Positions 31,703 through 39,537 of a DNA stretch of 64,000 nucleotides are shown here, one piece after another. The DNA comes from Planctomycetota bacterium. Its GTDB lineage: Bacteria; Planctomycetota; UBA1135; UBA2386. Location: NCBI GenBank assembly GCA_046290465.1, contig JBKAGP010000001.1:2144001-2208000 (forward strand), read 5' to 3'. The first letter of the stretch is position 1, and the number at the start of each line of letters is the position of its first letter. Under the pieces are notes generated by a model. That model was not told the DNA's origin, ran no database searches, and saw only the letters and a program-made list of their open reading frames with translations. Made by a program: the position numbers and the translations under genes.

Positions 31703-32125
31703 TGCTTGGTCCTTGTTAGGGTTTTGTGGGGGAGACCGGCACGAGGCCCGCGGTTGCGAACCCACCAAACTCCGGCCGGAGGTAGTGATCGGCAAACGGC
31801 GAATCGGAATTCACCGGAACTCCCCATGCCACCAAGAGATAGTGACAAAACGGCGCGGCGAATCCATTTGCGAAGAAGTAGGAATCGCCACAAAAGTGGC
31901 CGCGCGTCGCAGCTTTAACCTGCTTGGAGGCATTCTTGCCGGGCCGCGTTTTTTTCTGATTTTGGTTGCGCGCCGGGCCCCCCGAACAGCGGCAAGACCC
32001 GTGGAAACGTCTCCACAACGACCACCCAGAACGCCCCGGTCAACGCAACGAGCCACGTGCAGCAGCAGGCTGCACGTGGCTCGTCGTCGCGGCTCGCGGA
32101 CCGTCGTCCGCAGCACGTCGCGAAG

Positions 32126-32644
32126 CTAGTCGAACAGGTTGTCGAGCTTGTTCTTCGCGTCCGAACCAAACTCCTCGTCGAGGCCTTCGTCGATCGGCTC
32201 GCGGTTCAACGCGTCGCGGTAGATGTCGGCGAGCTTCTTGGCGGTCTCACCCGCGTAGAGGCGCACCATGCCGACCGTCGTGCGGTCGTCGAACAGGATC
32301 GTCAGCAGCGTGCGGTCCCCCACCAGCGAGAGCTGGATGTTGTCGCGCTCACCCTGGTGGAACATCGCGGTGAACTCCTCTTCGCCGAGCAGCCGCGCCA
32401 TCTCCTTGGTCGCCGCGAACGAACCGGCGACCAGCGCCGAGATCGTGTCGATGTCGATCGTGCGCAGCTCGCCGCGCTTGGTCACCAGGTGACCTTCCTT
32501 GTCGATCAACAGCGCGCACTTGGCGCCACTGAGTCGCAGGAACTCGGCAAGCAGCTTGTCGATGCGATCGATGTCCTCCTTGTAGAAGGTCAGCCGATCG
32601 TGTCGCAGGCGTTGGTTCTGCGACATCGCTTTGGAATCAGACAT
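32126..32644 (-). CDS. mglB: MglB-like roadblock/LC7 GTPase-activating protein
   Basis: ALLIDKEGHLV, ISALVAGSFAA, LGEEEF..FHQG, FDDRTTVGMVRL and C-terminal ..DNLF helix, as in MglB. Confidence 0.88.
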   Translation of the reverse strand: MSDSKAMSQNQRLRHDRLTFYKEDIDRIDKLLAEFLRLSGAKCALLIDKEGHLVTKRGELRTIDIDTISALVAGSFAATKEMARLLGEEEFTAMFHQGERDNIQLSLVGDRTLLTILFDDRTTVGMVRLYAGETAKKLADIYRDALNREPIDEGLDEEFGSDAKNKLDNLFD

Positions 32645-32650
32645 GTGCGA

Positions 32651-33610
32651 TCAGAACTGGGGGTTGCCGAAGACGAAGTAGGCGACACCGGCAGCCGCCA
32701 CGAGCAGCGTGACGGTCAGCCCGACGACCAGTCCGACGCCACCCTTCTTCGGCGCGGGGCTGTTCGCAGCGGGCCGCGCCGCGTTGCGGCGGCCGTTGTT
32801 GGCCGGGCGCGCGCCCTTCTGGGCGCCGGCCGGCGGAGCCCCCGCCTTGCGCTTGCGCGGCGCGCCCTTCGGGCCACCGGCAGCGGGTCGGGCGGCAGCG
32901 CGCTTCTGCGGCGCGCGCGCCTTCGGAGCGGCAGCCGGAGCGGCGGCAGGCGCCGCAGCGGGCGCGGCAGCGACCGGCGCAGCGGCCGGCTCGGCGGCCG
33001 GCGCCGGCTTGCGCGGGCTGCGGCCGTCGATCTTCTCGATGCTCTCCAGCACCATCGCGGCCAGCGTCTTCAGCGTGGGGAACACGCCTTCCCCGGTGTA
33101 GGCGACCGCCTCGAAGGTCGGCACGCCGAACTTGTTCATGATCTTGTCGATCTCGGCGACCGGCAGCGCGTTCGGCAGGTCGCGCTTGTTGTACTGGATG
33201 ACGTGCGGCAGCTCGCGGATGTCCTTGCCGTACTCGGCGAGGTTCTCGATCAGGTTCGCGTAGCTCTCGACGTTCTCGTCCATCTTGTCCGGATCGGAGT
33301 CCGCGACGAAGATGACGCCGTCGACGCCCTGCAGCACCAGCTTGCGGGTCGAGTTGTAGTAGACCTGACCAGGCACCGTGTAGAGCTGGAACTTGGTCCG
33401 CATGCCCGCGACGTTGCCGAGGTCGAGCGGCATGAAGTCGAAGAACAGCGTGCGGTCGCCGTCGGTCGAGATCGACGTCAGCTCCCCCTTGTTCTCTTCA
33501 GGGGCCTTTTGATGCACGATCTCGAGGTTGGTGGTCTTGCCACTCATACCCGGACCGTAGAACACGACCTTGCAGTTGACTTCCTTGAGCGCGAAGTTGA
33601 TCTGGACCAT
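32651..33610 (-). CDS. mglA: MglA-family small GTPase with Ala/Pro/Lys-rich linker and C-terminal transmembrane helix
   Basis: KVVFYGPGMSGKTTNL, DRTLFFDF, LYTVPGQVYY, YNKRD, EAVA; then a ~100-aa low-complexity linker and VGLVVGLTVTLLVAAAGVAYFVF. Confidence 0.92.
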   Translation of the reverse strand: MVQINFALKEVNCKVVFYGPGMSGKTTNLEIVHQKAPEENKGELTSISTDGDRTLFFDFMPLDLGNVAGMRTKFQLYTVPGQVYYNSTRKLVLQGVDGVIFVADSDPDKMDENVESYANLIENLAEYGKDIRELPHVIQYNKRDLPNALPVAEIDKIMNKFGVPTFEAVAYTGEGVFPTLKTLAAMVLESIEKIDGRSPRKPAPAAEPAAAPVAAAPAAAPAAAPAAAPKARAPQKRAAARPAAGGPKGAPRKRKAGAPPAGAQKGARPANNGRRNAARPAANSPAPKKGGVGLVVGLTVTLLVAAAGVAYFVFGNPQF

Positions 33611-33811
33611 GGTTGGCGCGTCCGCGTGGTGTTGCCTTCGTGTCGACGAACTCGACACTTCTCAGGTGCCTGTTCATCGGACGAACGACGGGCCAGGCTT
33701 GAGTCTGCGGCGCAAATCGTCGCAACCTGAACCGTCGTTCCGGGACACCCCGAAGTCGTCGGCACGGCGGTGCCGGTGCGGCCGTTCGCGCAGGGCGCGA
33801 TGGCAACGCGA

Positions 33812-34171
33812 TCAGGCGAGCCGCGACGCGCGGCGGATGCGGGTGACCGCCTCGTCAACCTCGCGGTCGGCCTGGTCGATCTCCGCGAACTGGTCGAACA
33901 ACACGACCAGGTAGCTGTCGTCGAGCTGGACCAGCACGGCCTTGCCGTGGGTCGCGTTGAGCAGCAGCTTGGTGCAGACGCCGTAGCCGCCCTCGTCGAG
34001 GCTGCGGTTGGTCGTCATCATCAGGTAGGACGACAGGCCCGAGATCACGTCCGGGTCCAACCCGGTCGCCAGCGACGACGCCGCGACCAGACCGTCCCTG
34101 GTCACGACGGCGGCGCCGCGCACGCCGGGGGCGTGCCGCAGCTCGGCGATGGCATCCTGGATCTTGCTCAT
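33812..34171 (-). CDS. Roadblock/LC7 domain protein
   Basis: LRHAPGVRGAAVVTRDGLVAAS, ATHGKAVL; GGAG RBS. Confidence 0.85.
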   Translation of the reverse strand: MSKIQDAIAELRHAPGVRGAAVVTRDGLVAASSLATGLDPDVISGLSSYLMMTTNRSLDEGGYGVCTKLLLNATHGKAVLVQLDDSYLVVLFDQFAEIDQADREVDEAVTRIRRASRLA

Positions 34172-34173
34172 GG

Positions 34174-35271
34174 CTACTCCTCCACCGCGTGCAGTGCGCC
34201 CGCGACGATCTCCTGCAGCTCGGCCAGCACCGCTTCGACGTCGGCGCCGGCGGTGACCTGCGCGGCGGCGAGGGCCTCGCCGTAGACGCAGATGCAGATG
34301 CGACCGTAGTCCCCTTCGATGATGGTCTTGGCGGCGCTACCGATGTCGAGGCGACGGGCGAACCGGTGGGCCGCCTTGGCCGACACGCGCACGATGCGCA
34401 AGAACGGGTCGCGCCCGTCCTTGATCGCGCCCTTGACCATCGCCTTCGAACCGCGGATGAACGTCGCCTTCTGCACCCCTTCGAGCTCGGCGACGCTGGC
34501 GAGGCCAGCGCGCACCGAGGCCACCGACTGGCCGCTGCTGGCGGCCTTCGGCTCGACCTTCAGCGAAGGATGCAGCAGCGAGCCGTGCGACTCGACCTCG
34601 TCGAGCAGCGAGTCGAGGTTGCCGCCCTTGTCGGCAAGGCTCGCGACGTGCGTCAGCAGCTGGTCGAGTTCGGGGTCGTCCGGTTCGAGTTCGTGCAGCG
34701 CCTGCAGGTGCTTCTGGGCCTCGCCGACGGCGCCGACGCGGTAGAGCACCTCGCTCAACAGACGACGCGACTGCGCCTCGTCCGGATCCATGCCGACGGC
34801 ACGCTCGAGACACTGCACGGCCTCCATGCCCTCGCGCGCGGCGAGGTCGCGGTAGAAGCTGGTCAGGCGCGCCTGGCCGAGCACGAGCCAGCAGCCCGCG
34901 TCGTCGGGGAACCGCAGGCTCCACTCCTGGCACAGCTGGTGCAGCGCGTTGTTGTCGCCGAGCTCGACGTGGATCATCGCCAGCTCGCGGAACAGCTTGG
35001 GGTTCGGCGAACGGGTCAGCTTGGCGCGCAGTTCGTTGGCGCGGCGGTTGCGGAGCCCGCGACGAGCGCAGTCCAGCAGCTGCCGCAGCTCGATCGACTT
35101 CGGGAACAGCGCGATGCCGTCCTCGGCCATGTGCTCGGCCTTGTCGTGCAGGTCGAGGTTGATGTAGACCTGGCCGAGGTCGACGAACGTCGACGGCGAC
35201 GGCTGCTCCTTGGCCCGCTGCTCGAGGCGGCGCAGCTCCTTCCAGATCTTCATTCGCTGGATCAGGTGCAT
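34174..35271 (-). CDS. TPR-repeat protein with C-terminal roadblock-like domain
   Basis: TPR-like helices (FVDLGQVY, AVQCLERAV..DP, LSEVLYRVG); C-terminal LASVAELEGVQKATFI..LDIG..IIEGDYG. Confidence 0.72.
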   Translation of the reverse strand: MHLIQRMKIWKELRRLEQRAKEQPSPSTFVDLGQVYINLDLHDKAEHMAEDGIALFPKSIELRQLLDCARRGLRNRRANELRAKLTRSPNPKLFRELAMIHVELGDNNALHQLCQEWSLRFPDDAGCWLVLGQARLTSFYRDLAAREGMEAVQCLERAVGMDPDEAQSRRLLSEVLYRVGAVGEAQKHLQALHELEPDDPELDQLLTHVASLADKGGNLDSLLDEVESHGSLLHPSLKVEPKAASSGQSVASVRAGLASVAELEGVQKATFIRGSKAMVKGAIKDGRDPFLRIVRVSAKAAHRFARRLDIGSAAKTIIEGDYGRICICVYGEALAAAQVTAGADVEAVLAELQEIVAGALHAVEE

Positions 35272-35279
35272 CGCATCTC

Positions 35280-38200
35280 CTAGCGGAACAGGACCACCTG
35301 GCCCTCGGGTGTCGGCATCGCGACGGACATGCCGTCGACGCCGAGCGGGCCCGGGCCGTTGTCGGAAAGGGCGAACTCCCACAGCACGCTGGCGGTCGCC
35401 GCGTCGATCGCGACCAGCGCTTCGTGCACCGGCTTGTCGGTCGAACGCGGTCGGCGCACGCGCGCGAACGCGCGACCGCCCTGGGTGGCGAGGCCCATCA
35501 CCAGGTCGTCCATCGCGACCGCACCGACCTCGTTCCCGCTGGCGCGGTCGAACGAGACGATCCGGCCCTCGGCGACGACCACGACCCGGTCCGAGGTCAT
35601 CGCCAGGTCGCGGTCGCTCGGCGTGCGGCCGATCGACTGCGTCCACAGCACCTTGCCCGCTTCGAAGTCGACCGCCCGGACCGCGCCGTCGGCGCAGCCG
35701 AACACGATCAGCTTGCCGTCGACGTGGATGCGCGTGGTCACGCCCGCCGGACTGCGCAGCACGCCGAGGCTCTTGCCGTCCGACACGTCGAACACCATCA
35801 CCCGGCCGTCCAGCGTGCCGACGTAGGCCTTGCGGCGCACGATGGTCGGCGGCCCCGACGGCGCGTCGCCGAGCGACACGCCCCAGAGGCGGCGCCCGCT
35901 CGACTGCTCCCAGCAGTGCAGCACGTTGCCGTTGTCGATCAGCGCGACGCGGCCGTCGCCGAGCACCAGCGAGGTCTGCGCATCGGCCTCGAGCTTGACC
36001 GGCCAGTTGCCGGCACGCACGCTCGGGTCGACCGGCACGCACTCGATCGTGCCCTCGTTGCTGAGGAAGAAGATCCTGCCGTTGGCGACTGCCGGGGTCG
36101 CGTCGACCGCCTTGAGGCCGGTCAGCTCGCGCACCTGGCGGTTGGTGCCGTCAGTGCGGGCGAAGCCGACGCGGCCGCCGCGCAGGCCGAGCGCGACCCA
36201 GCCGTCGCCGACGCCGACGCCGGTCTGCGCCGGCGTGCCGAACTCGACGACGTGCTCGGGCACGACCGCCATCACCACTTCGACCTCGGCCGACTCACGG
36301 CCGTTGACGACGATCTCCTGCTCCTCGAAACCCTCGAGCTTCGCGGTCAGCCGCACCGGCTGGTCGGCCTGGCAGAGCACCAGACCGGGCGTCAGCACCG
36401 GCTCCTGACGGCCGTCCACGACGCGCATCAATGGCTTGCCGTCGTGCATCAGCTGGGCACCCGGCGGCCGGGTCGTGACCGTGACCGGGACCCGCACGCG
36501 GCGGCCATCGGCGGTCCGTTCGAAGTCGGTCTGCAGCTGCAGCGCGACCTTCCGCGCCTTGCCGAAGTCCCCGGTCGCGACCGCGGCGTCGTAGGCGGCA
36601 CCGAGCTCCTTCGCCTTGGCGAGGAACTCGCTGAGGTTCTTCCAGGTCAGCTGCACCTTCTGCTCGTGCGCCCACTCGACGTCGACGGCACTGCCGGCCT
36701 CCTTGACCAGCTCGCGGACCTGCTCGATCGAAGCCAGCGCCTGCTCGGGGTTGCCGCCGAGGAACTGCTCGCGGTGGCGGTTCCAGGCCGTCTTGTACTT
36801 CTTGCGCAGGCCGTTGAGGTGCGCGTCGCGCGCCGCCTTCTCGGACGCGAGCCGCGCCTCGAACATCTCCTGCGCGGAGGTGATCTTCTGCAGCTCCGCC
36901 TCGGCCTTCGAGATCGAGGTCGTCAGCGGGTGCTGCGCGATGAAGTCGGCGTAGCGCGCCTTGGCGCCGGCGAAGTCCTCGGTCGCGACCAGCTCGGTGA
37001 CGTCGATCGCGGCGAAGTCCTCCTGCGCGCGCTCGTTGTAGAACCAGTAGCCCGAGCCGAGCACCAGCAGCAGGCAGAACATCACCGCCAGCACGCTCAG
37101 CGCGCGGCTGCGCTTGCGCGACCGCTCGTCGAACTCGTAGAGGCGCCGGACCCGCTCCGAGATGTCGGTGCGGCTGCGATCCAGCAGCAGGATCTTCTGC
37201 AGGTAGCTGACCGCTTCGAGCGGCTTGTTGCGACGCACCAGGTCGTCGGCGATCGACTCGTAGAGCTGCACGACCCGCTTCTGGTCGCCGGCGCGCACGT
37301 GCACGTTGACCAGCGCCTTCTTGAGGTCCGGGTCGTTGGGCTCGACCAGCAGCAGTCGCTCGAGCAGCGCGCGCACGCGCTGGATGTCGCCGAACTCGGT
37401 CAGCAGGTCGACCAGCTCCTTGCCCTCGGCCAGCGCGTCGAAGCCGTCCAGGCGCACGCCGTCGGGGCCGACGCACAGCTCGACCAGGCGTTCGCGCGCC
37501 CCGAGGTTGGTCGGCACCAGCTGGCGCACCTCGCTGAGGCAGCGCGCCGCGCCGTCGAAGTCCTGTTGGCCGATGCGATGCTCCGCCTCGGACTCGAGAT
37601 GGTAGATGGCCAGTTCGTACTGCTCGGCGGCCTGGTAGGCGCGCGCGGCCAGCGCGTGGCTGTCGGGAAGGCCGACGCCGACCTCGATGGCGCGCTCGTA
37701 GAGCGCGATCGCGTCCTGCAGGCGGCCCTCGCCCATGCACTCGTCCCCGAGCGCGATCAGGTCCTCCTCGGCGATCGGCGCGACCACGCCGGCGTCGAGG
37801 AACTGGCTGAGCGTCTTGCAGACCAGGAAGTTGGTCAGGCCGGTCAGCTCGCAGACGCGGGCGACGTTGCGGCGACCGTCGAGCAGTTCGAAGATCGCAG
37901 GGCCGTCGGTGCCGTATTCCTCACCCTCGATGTAGTCCGCGGTCGCGACCAGGATCTCCGCCGTGCTCGGGATCCGCTCGGTGATGTAGGCCCACTCGTC
38001 GATGCGACGGGCGGCCTCCATGATGATGCTGTCGCAGTTGAAGAAGAACCGCTCGTCGATCGCCCCGTCGCGGCCTTCCAGTTCGGTGGTGTTCTCGTGG
38101 AACTCGAACTTGGCGTCGCTGTTGAAGAAGAGGTCGTAGATCTCCTCCTCGAGCTCGATGCGGTACTGGTATTCGAGTTCGCTCTGCTCGAGATACCCGC

Positions 38201-38483
38201 CGGCGAGCAGGCTGTCGGCCAGCGACTGCCCCATGCGAACGGCATGATCACGGACTTCGTCGACCGACTCCTCGAGCAGGCGGCCGGAGCGCACGCTGGC
38301 GGCGACGACCTTGTCGAGCAGCCGGTGCACGTTGTGGTGCACGGTGACACCACGCTGATCGAAGTACAGAACCTTCCACAGCTTGGCAGAATGGATGCTC
38401 AGCAGGCCGACCTTCTTGTTGAGGGCCAGCATCTGGAACACCTGGGCCAGATCTACACTGGCAAGATCCCCTCGTAGTGCCAT
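35280..38483 (-). CDS. DUF4388 - TPR - TM - PEGA - PQQ-like beta-propeller multidomain membrane protein
   Basis: N-terminal MALRGDLASVDLAQVFQMLALNKKVGLL...MEAARRIDEW (DUF4388); TPRs; TM LSVLAVMFCLLLVLGSGYWFY; TTRPPGA...TP...LEGF (PEGA); G..LW propeller repeats. Confidence 0.85.
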   Translation of the reverse strand: MALRGDLASVDLAQVFQMLALNKKVGLLSIHSAKLWKVLYFDQRGVTVHHNVHRLLDKVVAASVRSGRLLEESVDEVRDHAVRMGQSLADSLLAGGYLEQSELEYQYRIELEEEIYDLFFNSDAKFEFHENTTELEGRDGAIDERFFFNCDSIIMEAARRIDEWAYITERIPSTAEILVATADYIEGEEYGTDGPAIFELLDGRRNVARVCELTGLTNFLVCKTLSQFLDAGVVAPIAEEDLIALGDECMGEGRLQDAIALYERAIEVGVGLPDSHALAARAYQAAEQYELAIYHLESEAEHRIGQQDFDGAARCLSEVRQLVPTNLGARERLVELCVGPDGVRLDGFDALAEGKELVDLLTEFGDIQRVRALLERLLLVEPNDPDLKKALVNVHVRAGDQKRVVQLYESIADDLVRRNKPLEAVSYLQKILLLDRSRTDISERVRRLYEFDERSRKRSRALSVLAVMFCLLLVLGSGYWFYNERAQEDFAAIDVTELVATEDFAGAKARYADFIAQHPLTTSISKAEAELQKITSAQEMFEARLASEKAARDAHLNGLRKKYKTAWNRHREQFLGGNPEQALASIEQVRELVKEAGSAVDVEWAHEQKVQLTWKNLSEFLAKAKELGAAYDAAVATGDFGKARKVALQLQTDFERTADGRRVRVPVTVTTRPPGAQLMHDGKPLMRVVDGRQEPVLTPGLVLCQADQPVRLTAKLEGFEEQEIVVNGRESAEVEVVMAVVPEHVVEFGTPAQTGVGVGDGWVALGLRGGRVGFARTDGTNRQVRELTGLKAVDATPAVANGRIFFLSNEGTIECVPVDPSVRAGNWPVKLEADAQTSLVLGDGRVALIDNGNVLHCWEQSSGRRLWGVSLGDAPSGPPTIVRRKAYVGTLDGRVMVFDVSDGKSLGVLRSPAGVTTRIHVDGKLIVFGCADGAVRAVDFEAGKVLWTQSIGRTPSDRDLAMTSDRVVVVAEGRIVSFDRASGNEVGAVAMDDLVMGLATQGGRAFARVRRPRSTDKPVHEALVAIDAATASVLWEFALSDNGPGPLGVDGMSVAMPTPEGQVVLFR

Positions 38484-38639
38484 GGGCGGTGCGTCGGTGC
38501 GAGTAGCGGTCAGTCCCGGCTTCCCCTATCGACCAGCGCGCTTACGACCCTGAGCCAGGGTCGGACCGGCTCGGGATTTCTTCGGAGCCAGACGCGACGG
38601 CTTGCCGTCCGGTCGTGCCTGACATAGTCTCTTCGCCCA

Positions 38640-39476
38640 ATGCCCTCCCTGAGCCGAGTGTTCGCCATCGCCCGCGCCAGCGCGCATTCCGCGCTCGGCT
38701 GGGTCGCGTACCGATTCGGCTGGCTGGGACCCGCGAGGCGGCAGTACGAACGCGTGCTGCTGCTGCGAGGCGCCGACTTCCAGGCCTACGTCCACCTCGG
38801 ACGGATCGCGTTCGACCAGGGCGACTACGCCGGCTGGCGGCGCGAGTTCGAACACGCGCGGCGCACCGACCCGATCCGCTTCGCCCGCCTGCGCCACCCG
38901 CTGGAGTTGTTCGAGCCCCGTCTGGCCGGCACCCAGTTCGACCCGCACGGCCTGGTCGACCCGACCGCGCCCGACGACGGCGACGGCTTTCAGGCCACCG
39001 ACGCCCGGGCGACCTGGCGCAGCCTGCACCCGTTCGGGCAGCGGCCGCGCGACGCCAGTGCCGGTGAGGGCTTCGGCCGCGGCATCGACCTGCCGCTGGC
39101 GCCGGGCTACGACCCGATGATGCCGGGCCAGCAGCTCGACGACCGCGACCCTGCCCATCCCCTGGGGGACGATCCGATCGGGGACGACCTCTCGAGGGAC
39201 GATCCCAATCGCAGCGACCGGGATCGTGCTGGCCGCAAGCATTCGGGTCCGGAGCGACACGACGACGTTCCCGCCGACGACCTGCAGGAGAGCGCGGATC
39301 CGTTCGCGCAGGAGCGACAGCATCCGCTGCCGCCGCCGCCGCCGGACGCGTCGCTGACCCGCGACGACTTCTCGTCGCCGTCGGAGCGACGCCGCTTCCA
39401 GCTGCGCCGACCGATCGACCGCCAGGAGATCGCGCGTTGCGACCTCAACGATCTGGCGCGCCGGCTGTCGGGCTGA
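38640..39476 (+). CDS. Hypothetical protein, N-terminal TPR-like helices and acidic disordered C-terminal half
   Basis: AHSALGWVAYRFG, AYVHLGRIAF; Asp/Pro-rich tail; divergent from the Mgl cluster. Confidence 0.6.
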   Translation: MPSLSRVFAIARASAHSALGWVAYRFGWLGPARRQYERVLLLRGADFQAYVHLGRIAFDQGDYAGWRREFEHARRTDPIRFARLRHPLELFEPRLAGTQFDPHGLVDPTAPDDGDGFQATDARATWRSLHPFGQRPRDASAGEGFGRGIDLPLAPGYDPMMPGQQLDDRDPAHPLGDDPIGDDLSRDDPNRSDRDRAGRKHSGPERHDDVPADDLQESADPFAQERQHPLPPPPPDASLTRDDFSSPSERRRFQLRRPIDRQEIARCDLNDLARRLSG

Positions 39477-39537
39477 GTCGGGTCGACGCGCCCCAGGCTT
39501 GTAGTCCCACCCGCTCCGCGGGAGAGTTGCGCCGCGC

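Noticed and set aside
31923..31940. GG-N10-GC sigma54-like spacing upstream of the H1-like gene
   Set aside because: Points away from the gene and has a poor -24 match.
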